Made by a program: the position numbers and the translations under genes | Source of the DNA: Octopus vulgaris | Lineage: Eukaryota | Direction: 5' to 3' | Assembly (NCBI GenBank): GCA_951406725.2 | Contig: OX597821.1 | Location: forward strand, 18,352,001-18,416,000 | Length of the DNA: 64,000 nt | Notes under the pieces: generated by a model | The model's input: only the letters and a program-made list of their open reading frames with translations | Told to the model about the DNA's origin: nothing | The model's database searches: none | Shown: positions 1 through 14,297 of the stretch, piece by piece | Layout of the letters: the number at the start of each line of letters is the position of its first letter | Position numbering within the stretch: the stretch's first letter is position 1

Positions 1-377
1 TGGAAATATATAGACAGAACCCTGGATTCTGTAATTTAACTCAAAACTGCTTATAAATAGCATATCTGAACTGGTTGTGCCAAAATACCTCGCATTGTAT
101 AGCATCAATTAAGGCAGTGAGCTGCCAGAATCGTTGGCACACTGGATGAAGTGTTTAGCAGCATTTCTTTTAGCTTTATGTTCCAAGTTCAAATGCCACT
201 AAGGTCAGTTTTACCTTTCATTCTTTTGGGTCAATAAAATAAGTACCAATTGAGCACTGGGGTAAGTGATGTTGACTTACCCTTTCCTCTAAAGTTACTG
301 GTCTTGTGCTAAAATTTGAAAACTATGTTGAATCAATGTAATCTTCAAACTGAAAGATATTCTATATCCTACAGCAA

Positions 378-608
378 GGCGGCGAGCTGGCAGAGACATT
401 AGCACGCCGGGCGAAGTGTTTCGCGGTATTTCGCCCGTCGCTACGTTCTGAGTTCAAATTCCGCCGAGGTCGACTTTGCCTTTCATCCTTTCGGGGTCGA
501 TAAATTAAGTACCAGTTACGCACTGGGGTCGATGTAATCGACTTAATCCGCGTGTCTGTCCTTGTTTGACCCCTCTATGTTTAGCTCCTTGTGGGTAGTA
601 AAGAAACA
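378..608 (+). mobile_element. tRNA-derived SINE, family B (MetaSINE-like central domain)
   Basis: Head GGCGGCGAGCTGGCAGA...GAGTTCAAATTCC (A/B-box-like), central GCCTTTCATCCTTTCGGGGTCGATAAA; 15-bp target-site duplication TATATCCTACAGCAA at 363-377 and 609-623. An older degraded copy lies at ~112-320. Confidence 0.9.
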
Positions 609-2100
609 TATATCCTACAGCAATTCAAGATTGTTCATTTGAAAGTTTATAGCATGCTGGTTAAATTTCTAGACCTAATGTCAAATAATACATTACCTAT
701 TGTTTGGCTGCGAAAGCAGCATGGTAAATTAAGAATGTGTTCCAATTACAAAGTACATTTAAAAGACAAGGTTCTATTTGTTTCTCATCCAACTTCTCAT
801 CATGAAACAATCTTCACTGATATACAAAGGAGTTTCTGCATATAATTTTAATTAAAAAACATTTTTTTTTTTACCTCAGTTGATTTAAAGTGTGTACATT
901 TGCTGATTGTTTTAGATGGAGACAGATTCATCATGATGATGTTAATGTCCTTTTTTCCATACTTGCATGGGTCAGATGGAATGCAATGAGGTAGATTTTA
1001 TATGATTGGATGCCCTTCCTGTCACCTGTTTCCAAGCAAGGTGATATTTCCCCGTGACTGGGGCTTTCATGGAAGATATGGACACTGCCTGTACAATGGT
1101 AACATTTGTTTGCACTAGTATGTCAAGACAATGTGAGCCTAACCCTCTCTACAAATATATATATATATATATATATGAGAGACTTCTTTCAGTTTCTTTC
1201 GACCATATTCACTCACAAGGCTTTGATCAGCCTGAGGTTATAGCAGAAGACACTTGTCCAATGTGCTATGCAGTGGGATTGAACCCAGGACCATGTGGGT
1301 GGAAAGCAAGCTTCTTACCACACAGCCACAGTTATACTTACATACATTTGTATATTACAGACATATATGCAAGGAAGAACTGCATCTACTGTAGATATAT
1401 TGCATATATCACAATGGTATTAATATCACTAGCAACTTCCCTAATGCTGTCAGTTACAAGTAAATATAAAATAAAATTACACCTAATACCTATAATTACT
1501 ACCAACTCAATTAAAAGAATGATAGGTGTACAAATCCTCTCATAGGGCTTTGGTTGACCTGGGGCTATTGTAGAAGACACTGTTGAGGTAGGATTGAATC
1601 TAAAACCATGTGTTTGGGAAGTAAACCTCTTAATCACTCATCCATGCTTGCATCTAAGATCTGCAATTGTCTTTGTTTAGTCAACATACTTCATTCAGAT
1701 AATTCTCAAGCATTTTGTGACATTGCATAGAGTTTATATCAAAGAAAATTTATGGCATAATCAGGATGTCATATTCATCATTGCAGCGATTCAGAATAAA
1801 CAGAAAAATTAAGAAAATTTAATTATTGCAAGAATGAAAGGAACCAATTTTTCAAAAATTTAAAGTAAGTGCATTAATCATGAATCTTTGATAGATTTCC
1901 TAGAAATGAATATTGTGTTGTTTTTGAAGTTGACTTTGGAACCATATGGTCAGAGATTTGGTCCTACTGCTTAGATATTGTTGGCCAATGTCCTGTACTA
2001 TAGCCATGAGTCAATGAATACCTGGTGTGCAAAATTGGTTGATGGACACTGAAGAAGCTTCTCATATGCATGTATATGTGTGTGTGTGTGTGTGTGTGCG

Positions 2101-2159
<59 letters not shown>

Positions 2160-2162
<3 letters not shown>

Positions 2163-2548
2163 CACAAGCAAAACGCCCCCGTCCAATGGATGGTGCTGAG
2201 TTGTCAAATATTTAAACCAAATTTTCTCAAAACAGCTTGTCCGACCGTTCCATAGGCCTCCCCTTTGAGAAACACTGATTTAACCTAAATTTGCGACACC
2301 GTGAATTTTTCTCACGCACGCCTAGTATCAATCGCAACAGCTGATGTACTTGCATATACAAATGCCCATTCCCACGGCTTTATCGACCGCATTCTCACCT
2401 GGAATTGATTTTTGTAATTTTTTCAAGACTTATACACGCCCTGATACCGTTGGTATCTACATATCAAATTTGAGCATAATCGGATGGCGGATGCCCGAGA
2501 TCCTAGAAGACACACACACAGACAGAGCGGATTTTATATAATATATAT
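2160..2548 (-). mobile_element. Probable non-autonomous Helitron-like element
   Basis: Minus strand starts TATATAAAATCCGCTCTGTCTGTGTG and ends in a GC-rich segment followed by GCTTGT (degenerate CTAG); embedded in a TA tract. Confidence 0.45.
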
Positions 2549-2876
2549 CTATATATATGTTTTTGCTTTTATGTCATAATGAAAATGCTTTTACATTAAA
2601 TTGAAGGATTCCTCAATATATTTGGTAGGTTGCCATCACAACCTACCATACAACCTAATTCAGTAGAACTCGGCTTACTCTAGAAAATTTTAACTTAACA
2701 GAGACTATAAGGCACAAACACACACACATGTTTATAGAGTAGTATATTTTCAAGCACACACTCATAAGGCTATAAATAATGGCTTTGTGTGTTCTTCAAG
2801 ATATACTGGTCCAAAAAGAGAATTATTTCCTGTTCACTCAAAAGTTTGTATAATTCCCATGATGTCATCAATAGTG

Positions 2877-2910
<34 letters not shown>

Positions 2911-4379
2911 AATATATATGTGTGTGTGTGCAAGTGAATTAGTATTTCCCCTCATACTCCTCTGTGTTTGCTGATTGTGAACTAAAAGTACCATTGTTTA
3001 TACAAGCAGCGTTGTTTGCTTGTAGTTTACTCTGAAATACCATGCAAATTTCTTGAAATATTACAGCATCATTGTAAACAGAAAAGAGCATTCAAATGGT
3101 GTCATTTGTTTCCAGTTCTCTGCATAAAACCTGTCCATGCCACTTGTTGTTTGGTAGACAGTGAATTATTACATCACTTATGAACAAGTGAGGGTTGGTA
3201 TCAGGAAGGGCAGCTAACTCCCAAAAACCCAGTTTATACTTAAATTTGCATACATCGTTAAAGTTCTTCTTACTGCAAGAATGAATGTATTTCAATGTTT
3301 ATTTGAAGAATGTATCAAGAACAGGCTTTTAAAGCAACAAAACCTTTTTTTTACTCAACAGCATGTTTTGGTGTTATTCACTACCAAATGTGAAACAACT
3401 TTTTACTGCTGGTGCTTCTGAATTTGCAATAATAAGAACAATATTTTAAAATGGAAAGCTCATAGCAAATGTTAGTCATATATTTTATTATAATCAGAGA
3501 CACTGGAGCAATATTAAACACAAAGCATTTGTGGTGGTGTAGGGTATTGAAAGTTTGAGATATGTTTTTTATTTGAAATTGCTTCCACACTGGAGATTGA
3601 TCATCACCTGTTGCTGTTCATTTTTTAAAATGAACCAGGAGAGCTTCTCATTGGATTGCCAATTGAGCGCTCACATTATTGTGATAGGGTTTCAAATAGC
3701 ATCATGATGATATCATTCACATCGTTAATCATTAGTTATGTTGATGCTTTTTAATGAAGTATCATTTAGATCAGTTTAGTACAAAGTTCTTTACATTACA
3801 TTTTGTCATAGGTCATGATGAATTAATAATTCACCTTTCCATCTCTTATCAATGTTCTTGTTACAAACCCTCTTTCTTTATGCTAACCGTTATATTATGT
3901 TCAGTCCTTTCCCAGAACACTGAGATCTCTGAAATCTCCTCCCTCCTTTAATTTTTCCTGTTGACCTGCGACAATTTAAACAGAACATCAATAGCCTCAA
4001 TGTCTTAGTCTCAGTGGACCAGCAATGGCCATGGGTTCTACTCCTTCCTCTGGACTTGGCTTTTAAAAAAGACTTCACTGTAGAATGATGGTTTGCTAAA
4101 CACTCTTCTGAAGCGGCTGTAAAGAATGATTTTGGCCTGTTTTTATTAAGAGAATTTTTTCCCGAACCCTATCTTGCAAAATTTATCACAATCATAAAAC
4201 ACACATACACACACGACTACAACAAACATTGAAGAAATCAAGGGTTTGTATAGTGGTCTACTCTTCAAAGAGATAAGGAAGAGTTTGTCTGATCTTGAGA
4301 TAGATGCTAAAAATTAGGTATAAAAGGCACTGTTTGTATTACGTTTCTCAAATCATTGCCTAGGGAAGGGAAAGCTTAT

Positions 4380-4750
4380 ATTTGTACTGGAGATGTGTAT
4401 AAGGCATTGTGGATGTGTTGATCATGGTCAACTTGGTCACTACTTGGGTTGAAGACTTTTTGTTCTAATAGGGGCTCAGAAAATGTAAGGAAACCTCTAT
4501 TTTTCTATCTTCTTTAGAGTTGGCATTCCATTGATAATGATATCAAACATTGGACCAGAATTCATTGAATTAAAGGATTGATTGAATCAACTTGGAGCGA
4601 GTATAAAATCCTAGTCTTAACCCTATAGTAATGCAGTTGAAAGAGCTCTGCGAAGAATAAAGTCTCTCCACTAAAAGGTTATAAGTCCTTCAACTAGAAA
4701 GTTTAATGAGTATTTGTCAAAGGCTGTTTTCAACTGTTTTACTGCATCTG
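4380..4750 (+). pseudogene. Highly degraded Gypsy/Ginger-like integrase remnant
   Basis: Hand translation gives VGIPLIMISNIGPEF (cf. GxPxxIxSDNGPEF) and PYSNAVERA (cf. PQSNGxVER); stops present. Confidence 0.35.
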
Positions 4751-4854
4751 GTGCAAGTTATCTCCTCCTGAGAACCAGGCAGATAATGGTAAGTAGCAGT
4801 AAAGTCTTTGTTTTACAAAGTTGGGTAAATAGTTTATCACATACTCTCTCTCTC

Positions 4855-5223
4855 TTTTTACTCTTTTACTTGTTTCAGTCATTTGACTGAGGCCATGCTG
4901 GAGCACCGCCTTTAGGACTTATTCTTTGTAAGCCTAGTACTTATTCTATTGGTCTTTTTTGCCGAACCGCTAAGTTACAGGGACGTAAACACACAAGCAT
5001 CGGTTGTCAAGCAATGTTGCGGGGACAAACACACACACACACATATATATACATATATATGATGTACTTCTTTCAGTTTCCGTATACCAAATCCACTCAC
5101 AAGGCTTTGGTCAGCCTGAGGCTACAGTAGAAGACACTTGCTCAAGGTGCCATGCAGTGGTATTGGACCCGGAACCATGTGGTTGGTAAGCAAGCTACTT
5201 ACCACACAGTCACTCCTGCGCCT
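4855..5223 (-). mobile_element. tRNA-derived SINE, family A
   Basis: Reverse complement of GGCGCAGGAGTG(G/A)CTGTGTGGTAAG...internal (TA/TG)n...GGCGGTGCTCCAGCATGGCC...GAAACAAGTAAAAGAG. Confidence 0.9.
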
Positions 5224-5396
5224 ATGAACAGTATATGAAGAATATAGTGAAATTTTCTGTGTTTCATGCTGGCTGAAACACAGCCTGGATTTATAATGAA
5301 GGTGTAAAAGCTGTTAGCCTCAAATGAACAAATAGTGCTGATCATGATTGTTATCAATGGGCCAACATCACCAGCTTCTCTATCTGTAGAACTACC

Positions 5397-5628
5397 TGTT
5401 TCTTTATTACCCACAAGGGGCCAAACATAGAGGGGACAAACAGGGACAGACGAAGGGATTAAGTCGATTACATCGACCCCAGTGCGTAACTGGTACTTAA
5501 TTTATCGACCCCGAAAGGATGAAAGGCAAAGTCGACCTTGGCGGAATTTGAACTCAGAACGCAGCGGCAGACGAAATACTGCTAGGCATTTCGCCCTGCG
5601 TGCTAACGATTCTGCCAGTTTGCCGCCC
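5397..5628 (-). mobile_element. tRNA-derived SINE, family B
   Basis: Reverse-complement match to 378-608; 16-bp TSD TATCTGTAGAACTACC at 5381-5396 and 5631-5646. Confidence 0.9.
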
Positions 5629-6152
5629 TATATCTGTAGAACTACCGCTTGATCATGTGGTCCTGTGTAGTAATGTTTCTAACCTGTCAACATCATTAAT
5701 CTCTCTAACTACAGTTGCTGATAATATTCAATCTCGAACACCTCTCATACTACCAATGCTTCTAAATTGAGCTTATTCTCACAGCAACATAATGAGTTGT
5801 ACAACTCCAACATGTACTCTCAATAGATTGTCCAAAATAATTTAGAAACTGCACAAGTATGACAAACATGATTTTTTTCTTTCTTTTTTCTTCTCCTTCT
5901 CTGTTTTTTTCTGTCTTGCAAATTACATGACAACCTCACTAGTGCTGGTGGCTGGAAAAAGCACCCAATACACTCTGTACAGTGGTTGGCATTAGGAAGG
6001 GCATCCAGCTGTAGAAACCATACCAAAGCTGACATTGGAGCTTGACACACCCCTGCAGCTTGTCAATTCCCTGTCAAACTGACCTACCCATCCTATCTTG
6101 GAAAGTGAACATTAAATGACGATGATGATAGCTGGAGTAATTTTACTGTGTT

Positions 6153-6555
6153 ACTCTCTTTTACTTGTTTCAGTCATTTGACTGCGGCCATGCTGGAGCA
6201 CCACCTTTAGTCGAGCAAATCGACCCTGGGACTTATTCTTTGTAAGCCCAGTACTTATTCTATTGGTCTCTTTTGCCAAACCGCTAAGTGACGGGGATGT
6301 AAATACACCAGCATCGGTTGTCAAGCAATGCTAGGGGGACAAACACAGACACACAAACACACACACACATATATATATATATACATATATACGACAGGCT
6401 TCTTTCAGTTTCCGTCTGCCAAATCCACTCACAAGGCATTGGTCGGCCCGGGGCTATAGCAGAAGACACTTGCCCAAGATGCCACGCAGTGGGACTGAAC
6501 CCGGAACCATGTGGTTGGTTAGCAAGCTACTTACCACACAGCCACTCCTGCGCCT
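6153..6555 (-). mobile_element. tRNA-derived SINE, family A (full length)
   Basis: Closely matches the copies at 22965-23349 and 54793-55220. Confidence 0.9.
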
Positions 6556-8603
6556 TCAGAGTAATTACATATTTTGTTCTTTGTGCTATTGCATGGATAT
6601 GCCACGAACAAGAGGCATGCATAAAATGACTTGCACTTTTTGTCTTGATTTAGTTTTATGGTTTATTGTTTGGATAATGGAAAATTTGAACTCATTTCAT
6701 GTTGTGGATTTATATGATTATTGTAAACATGTTGCAAACAGCTCTGGAAAAGGTATCAATCCACATTGACTTTCCTATCCTCTCAATGTTTCTCTTTGTT
6801 CTTCCTCAAAACAAAAAAAAAATATGGGTAAACTTTAAAACTATGTAATCATTTATCAAGACCAGCAACCTCATCATTACCATCACCAACCACCCCTCAC
6901 CACTTCCACTGCTACTGCCACCACTATTGTTACAAACAACATTATCACCTTGACCAACACCTGTAGTCACTAACAAACCATCTAAATAATCACCACCTCT
7001 ACCACCACCATTGTTAGTTCCCCAACATCAACTTTATCACTGATACTATTATCCTACATCTACCACTACCACCACAACCACCACCACCACCACCACCACC
7101 ACTGAATAGTTAGTTCCTGATGCTCTTCCTATTCTCCCATATTTTAGTACAGAATGCCAAGTGTGGTGTAACTGTTGTCACCCCTGAACAAGCAAACTTT
7201 AAAACCAATAGTGTTCCAACCGTTGATCATTCTGTCTTTTTTTCTCTAGATATTATCCGATGAGTCCTTTCTATTCTTGTCACAGATGGACGTGATTTGA
7301 AGGCGATTTTACTGCTATTTTTAGCAGGTTGAATGAAAAGCAATGTGTGGATTGATATTGAAAATTTGCTCATGTCCAGCAGGTCTGAGTTCTACCTGCA
7401 ATAATATTCCAACTATGTCATTGAAGGGATTGTGAATCCTGCTCTAGAGGATTTCTTGGTTGACATTATGGGATGAGATTTAATTGTCACTGATCTTCAC
7501 TATGTTCACAAAACTCTCCAATAGTTTATAATAACTATGTGAATGTCCAATCAGTCATTAAACTCTACGATGTGTACATGTTGGCTTGAAAATCAACACA
7601 ACCAAGACGGAGATTATATATGTTAGCGTCTTACCCAGTGAAAAGGTCTCTGACACCCACATTGGCAAGATTCTGGAAAGGGTTATCACTTCAAATATTT
7701 TGGCTCTTCTACCTTCACTGACACAGAGCTGGGCAAAGATGAGATAGATGTCTCCATCAATCAGGTATGTACTGCATCCTACCATCCTCAAAGTCATCTC
7801 CTGTTTAGGTTGAAGATTGACATAACTACAAAGATTCACATCTGCTGTTTAGTACCATCGTGCTGTGTGGCTGAAAGCCCAATCAATGAGAGTGGCCAAT
7901 TTACAAAAACTGGAATTATTTGACCATTTTTACTTTCATTGAATTCTCAATGCTCACACTTTTGATTTTTGTGTAAAACTCTTAAATTTGCCGTCGTTGT
8001 TGGATTGATTTCCCTCAACAACCCTTGCACAAAATGCATCTTCTTTGCTTTGGTAATGCATTCCGTTGTCCCCAGTACAAATTCATCCATGAGGTGGTCA
8101 GCTGAAGACTTGGACTAGAACAATCACGATGGATCTTAAATCAATAAGTGGTCCTCATGTTGCTGGTGTCTGCTATTGAAATCATGATTGGTTGATGATC
8201 GCTTTCTCAGATGCCTGTAATTACCAGGCATCTTTGACTTCTGTTTATGGTGCTGTGGATTTACTGGTTGGTACTGGATCAGTTGATCCTGGTTACATGT
8301 GCAGATTGAGTGACAGTGTAGGGGATCCCTTGTTAGCCAAAAGTTAGCCCCAACTGAGCAGACCTATGATCAAAAACATTCTGGTTGTGTCCATCTCTTC
8401 TGTTGAAACATTATTTCTCTAAAATCTCATCTTAGGTCTCCTTTCTTTTTTAAGATGGTAGGGTATGATTTGAAGGAGATAACACCATCTTTCTTTTGTT
8501 AGTTGGCACATGTGAAGGAGTGGTGCACTGGAAAGAGGGCAAAGAATGATAACATTTTCGTCATCATGAGGCTTGGCAACAGCTAATTTGCAACATATGT
8601 ATA

Positions 8604-8643
<40 letters not shown>

Positions 8644-8699
8644 TGTATATATTTATTTCATATTTTACTTGCTGAGTTTGGAGGAAGAGTAGTACCAAT

Positions 8700-10000
8700 G
8701 GCCTTTGCAGGCCCTCCAAGACTGGCAAGATCAATGCTGTAATTGCTCCATTTAAACTGTTGCAAATTGAAGTCTATGGGAAAGACATGAGCAGGGAGAA
8801 GATTCTAGTGGGTTGTGAAGGAATGGAATAATGATTAGTTTGAAGCCTGGGGTTTTGGACACAATAAGAGTGTGTTACTTGAATGAAGGAGGTTCAAAAG
8901 CATGCAACTCTGAGGAACAGAGGCTGTTATAGAAGCAGTAAAAAAGACATTTAAAAGAGACTGGCTGTCAATGGGCCATAAGCTGGAATATGTCTGGGTG
9001 ATTATTTTTTTAAAGCTAATCAATCTGTGTGTGTGTGAGGTATTGTCCCAAATGTGGGAGCCAAACTTCATTGTGGGGTTCTACCTGAGTTTTGGAGAAC
9101 TTCAGCAATTATTTGAGGATGAAGTATTTTGTGGCCCTGATGAGAACGGCCAGTCTTTGGTTCTGACAACATTAGGGATGTGCCTGTGGCCCTAGCTATG
9201 CTTTGGATTCCTTGCAGTCTTGGTTATGTTATGAATGTCTTTGTGGTCCTGGCTGTGAAAACTCTAGCTGAGTGATACTCATGTTTGGTGTGTATGTGTG
9301 TAGTGCAATGGTATTTTGTTGATGTGAATTCAGATAGATTTTTTTAAAAGTTATTGACATGATTCCATCAGTGGATGCCTTTGAGGACTCTATTTCTGAA
9401 AGCAGATTTGGTGTGCTTTGTCTAAATTGTATGTGGTTGATGCTTAGTTGGAGGATGTCAAGTAGGAGTGAAAGGTCTTATCACTTGTGTAAAAGTGGGC
9501 ATTGTGGGCTAACAGCATGTAGATCATTGATGTGCAGGAGGAAGAGAGTGAGGTTAGAACAGAACCCTGGGAAATACCAGAACTGATTGAGAGTGATACA
9601 AAAAGATGTCTCTGATCAAATGCTGTGATGCCATGAGCTCTGATAGGAAATTACTGATCCAAAAAATCTAAGATGGATAGAGCTCTTATGTGGGAAGTTT
9701 TCATGGGAGATTTGCATGACATACACAGTCAAAGCTCTGATGATGTGTATGGCAATGACATTTATTTAATCAAACCTATCTTAAGTGTGAGCTCACTGGT
9801 AAGTGACATAAGAAAGTAGGTCTCCTGTGAATCTGGCTCTGCCAAAGCTGAACTGGTGGTCATTGTGAGAGACTAATTCAAGGTATTAGAGTTTATCCTT
9901 TTTAATATCTGTTTCTACTACCTTTTTGATGTTAGGAATAAGTGCAATAGAATGATTGTTGTCTGGACCAGAGCACTTGCCTCTGTTTTTTTTTTTTTTT
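8700..10000 (-). pseudogene. Degraded L2/CR1-group LINE reverse transcriptase remnant
   Basis: Minus-strand GISQGSVL (SGVPQGSVL-like) near 9550-9580 with many stops; a second degraded RT piece (SVPQGSIFG) lies at ~10270-10560. Confidence 0.5.
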
Positions 10001-10889
10001 GAATAGGGTACATTGAAGCATGTTTCCAAATATCAAGATATATCCGTTGCCAGTACCACCAGACTGGCCCTCGTGGTGGTGGCACGTAAAAGCACCCACT
10101 ACACTCTCGGAGTGGTTGGCATTAGGAAGGGCATCTAGCTGTAGAAACTCTGCCAGATCAGATTGGAGCCTGGTGCAACCATCTGGTTTGCCAGTCCTCA
10201 GTCAAATCGTCCAACCCATGCTAGCATGGAAAGCGGACGTTAAATGATGATGATCATCACCATATGGGGTGAGAGATTAAAGAGTTTGTTATTTGTATAG
10301 ACAAGTTTTGGGATGTGTCTGTTTCATTAATATATACAACAAACAACAGGAGACCAAAAATAGATCCCTGTGGGACACTAGATTTCATCACATAGGGTGC
10401 AAAGTTTTGTCCTGGTACCATGACTGTTTCTTTTCAAGCAAGAATGATGGATTTCAATCAGTTGTAAAGTTTAACCTTTCTACCTACTGCAGTGTAGTTC
10501 ACCATGTTGTTTGTGTGATACAGAATTAAAAGCTTTAGTGAAATGAAGGTAGATAATATCCATCCTTCAGCTACCAGCTTAGATCAACTGTAATTAAGCA
10601 GATTTTATGCTAAAGCACTCTGTGTATCCAATCTTTTTAAGACTGTCTCATGAATCCTTCCTTTTTTTAAAAAGGGTGTGATTAGAGAGATATTTGACTG
10701 CTATTTCTAGCAAGTCATGTAACTATCTAGAAGTTCCATTGTGGAGATGTAGTGTGTGCATTGGTCTGTCCATGGTTGAATAGTTAACAAGTTCGCTTCT
10801 AAATTGTAAGGTTCGGAGTTCATTCCACTGCATAGCACTGCAATCAAGTATTTTGTATATCTTTAGGGTAATTCAAAAGATGTGAGTGA

Positions 10890-13800
10890 AAATAATAATA
10901 ATTGTGTACAGTGCTCAGGTGCACTACAACTCATCTAAAGTGTATATATAATCAGGTGTAGTTTCGGCGGATTTCGGAAAGCATGAGGACCTTAAAGGAT
11001 GCAGTGTCATGGCAGTCAACAACTGACGCAGGCAGTTTATTCCATGCTTCAGCAACTCTGAGCGTGAAAAAATGTTTCCAAAAGTCATGGGAGCTGTGTT
11101 GTTTTCTGACTTTGTAGGCATGTCCACGTGTGTTAGACACATGGAGATCAAAAAGGTGTTCAGTGTTGTTGTTGGTGAGGTGGTTGATAACTTTGTTGGT
11201 GTTTACCAAGTCCGTCGCCAGACGCCGGAGCTTCAGTGAATCCATGCCCAGGGAAACAAGGCGCTCAGAATATGGTAGTTGTCTGATGGAGGGTATGCGT
11301 TTGGTTGCACGTCTCTGGACAGATTCCAGGAGGTCAATGTTCTGAGCAAGATAGGGGTTCCAAACTGATGATGCGAATTCCAAGTGTGGTCGTACCATAG
11401 CTGTATACAGTTTTAAATAGATGGCTGCAGAGCGGCTAACAAAAGTCTTGCTGAGTGATGCCAAGGCACCCTCGGCCTTCTTGACAATTTTAGAGATATG
11501 CTTTGTCCAACGCAAATCACTGCTGACAGTGATGCCTAGGTCACGCTCGCAAGAGGATTTCTTGATATCAGTGTTGTCGACGCAGGGTTTTTTCTCCCAA
11601 AATGCATGGTGGTACACTTGTCCACAGCCAGTTTCAGTTGCCAGTCTGTGATCCATTGCTGCATTGTGTCTAGGTCTGATTGCAGGAAAGAGTTGTAGAC
11701 ATCAGGATCAGTCCTCTTGATTTCAAGGTACAGCTTGATGTTGTCTGCATATTTCAATACTGTGGCATTCTTTAAATTGGCATCTATGTCATTAATGTAT
11801 GCCACAAACAAGAGGGGACCAAGGACAGATCCCTGTGGTACACCCGATGACATCTCATATGGTGTAGAGTGCTGTCCTAGAACTGTGACTACCTCCTTTC
11901 GGCTGAGGATGAAGGATTTCAACCAGTTAAAAAGGTCATCCCCCACACCCATTGCAGAGAGTTTCACCATAAGCCTTTTGTGTGGCACAGAGTTGAAAGC
12001 CTTAGCAAAGTCAAGGTAGACAACATCCACCCATGAGCCACTGTCAGTGATCTGAGTAATGTCCTCAAGGAACTCGACAAGCTGGTCACTGCAGCTGGAG
12101 TTAGGGACAAATCCATATTGTGAGGGTCGGATGAGACTGTGAGAGCTCTAGAAGTTCCAGAGTGTTTCTCTGACACACGATTCCATCAGTTTTGCAATAC
12201 AGCTAGTGAGACTGACTGGGCGATAGTTGACAGGTGATGTGCAGTCGCCCTTTTTGAACAGAGGAATGACACTGGCAGTTTTCCACTGCTCCGGAGTAGC
12301 ACCATTGTTGAGACAGTACTGGAAGAAAATAGAAAGCTGGTGTAAAAGGAAGTGCCTGCCACGTTTGAGAAGCAGGTATGTAACTCCATCGAGACCAGGG
12401 GAGGCATAGTTGCGCTTATTTTGAAGGTGACGTTGCAGCATTGCAGGTGTAAATTCCATAGTTGTTATGGAGTTTGCTGTTAGTGATGGTGAAGATGGTA
12501 CATTTTGACTTTCAACAGTGAATATGTTTGCATAGCACTCGGCAATGAGTTCTGCGCATTCCTTGGGGTCGTCAGTGATCTGGTTTGTGTGAGGGTTGCG
12601 AAGAGGGCCCACTGGAGAGTGAGGTCTCTGCTTTGAATGCACATATTTCCAGAAAACCTTGCTGTCAGGATTGGCTGCTATTCACTGTTCAAATTCAAGC
12701 ACTGCTTTTTTTGTCACTTGCTTGAGATGGTTGGAGGATTTATTCCGCTTCTTCCTGTTGGTGTCTGATTTATGCAACTTGTATTCCCATTCAGCAGTCC
12801 GACGTTCCTTCCTGGCAAGTCGGACCGCTGAAGTTTCCCAAATTGCCCTTTTGGGGCGGTTCTTCTTTTTTTGTTTACGTGGCACTGATGCTGCACATGC
12901 AGCCCATATTGAGTCCAGGATACTCTGGAGTATAGTATTCACATCTCCAGAGTTGTAGAATTCACGCCAGTTTGGGTGCTGTAGTTCAGTGTGATACAGG
13001 TTCCAATCTGCTCTCTTCCAATCGAAGGAAGCAGATTGGAGATGGTTCAGGTTTTTGTTGCCCGCAAGAGCCAGATTGGCGATGATCATAGCATGATCAG
13101 AGTCACCTAGAGGTTCCTCCGTAGTGCAATTGATAACCGCTTCAGGAGTTGTGGTGAAGAGCAGGTCCAAGGTGTTGTCGCCTCTTGTTGGAGAGGTGAC
13201 TACTTGTGACCAGTTTGAGTCCAGCACAAGCTCAACAAAATCGTTTGCACTCTGTAGCCAATGGAAGGTTTCCCAATCGATCTCAGGATGATTGAAATCG
13301 CCTGCAATAAACACATAAGTGGCTGTTTTCCTGGCAGCAGCTCGGAGGATATCGCAAAGCTGTGTGTCCTGATGGTAATTTGGGGGACGATAAACAACGC
13401 CAAGCAGGAGTGTTGACATGGTCATACGTACGTCACAGAAAAAAACTTCTTCTTGTGATTCGTTCAAATCGGCACAAGGAATTACCAAAAAATTTGAACG
13501 AACGTAGACCATCACACCACCACCACGGTGGTTAGTGCGGTCCTTACGGAAGAGGTTGTACCCCGTAATGTTGAAAACCCCATCACAGAGTAAGGAATGC
13601 GCCCATGTTTCCGTGACAGTGATGAAGTCAGGGTCAATGCTTCTGACGTAGGCATTGAACAAATGTATTTTGTTGCATAAACTGCGAGCATTTAAGGACA
13701 ACAATTTGTACCCTGCTCGCAGTTTATGATGGTGTGTAGAGGATGGCAGGTTGTTCTGGCTTAGTTTCCCTGAGTTGCTGTAGTCTTTTTAGTTATTGTG

Positions 13801-14050
13801 GGTAGAGAGCACTCAGACCAGCTGGTATCTCTCTTCCACGTTTCAGCAGTCTTGACAAATCTCCAGATTTGTCCATAAGTTGATGAAAACTGCGTGGAGA
13901 TGTTGTATGAACCTTACCTGTAAATTCAATGGGCCAGCCTTGTCACACAGCATCATATTGATTCTGTGACAATTAATTCATCGAGGATATTTATGTCTGT
14001 GGAATGCTTAACTGCATTCACAATCAGTATTCATGAAAATTGACAAAGAA
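10890..14050 (-). mobile_element. CR1/L2-group LINE, decayed ORF2 (APE endonuclease + RT)
   Basis: ORF pieces 12682-13704 (LNARSL, VTETW, GDFN, SDH = APE), 12148-12642 (NYRPVSLTS), 11536-12030 ([26 protein letters not shown]) and 10952-11656 (RPHLEFASSVWNP); (ATT)n 3' tail near 10893. Confidence 0.92.
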
Positions 14051-14077
14051 TCCATACAAGTCTGTTTGACTGTAAGG

Positions 14078-14288
14078 TGAAGTGGCAGAAACGTTAACAC
14101 GCCAGGCGAAATGCGTAGCTGTTTTTCGTCTGCCGTTACGTTCTGAGTTCAAATTCTGCCGAGGTCGACTTTGCCTTTCATCCTTTCGGGGTCGATACGC
14201 ACTGGGGTCGATATAATTGACTTAATCTGTTTGTCTGTCCTTGTTTGTCCTTTCTGTGTTTAGCCCCTTGTGGGTAGTAAAGAAATAG
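14078..14288 (+). mobile_element. tRNA-derived SINE, family B
   Basis: Matches 378-608 with a small internal deletion. Confidence 0.85.
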
Positions 14289-14297
14289 CTATATATA

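Noticed and set aside
7400-8340. Possible LTR gag/pol remnant on the minus strand
   Set aside because: No diagnostic motif was recoverable by hand translation.
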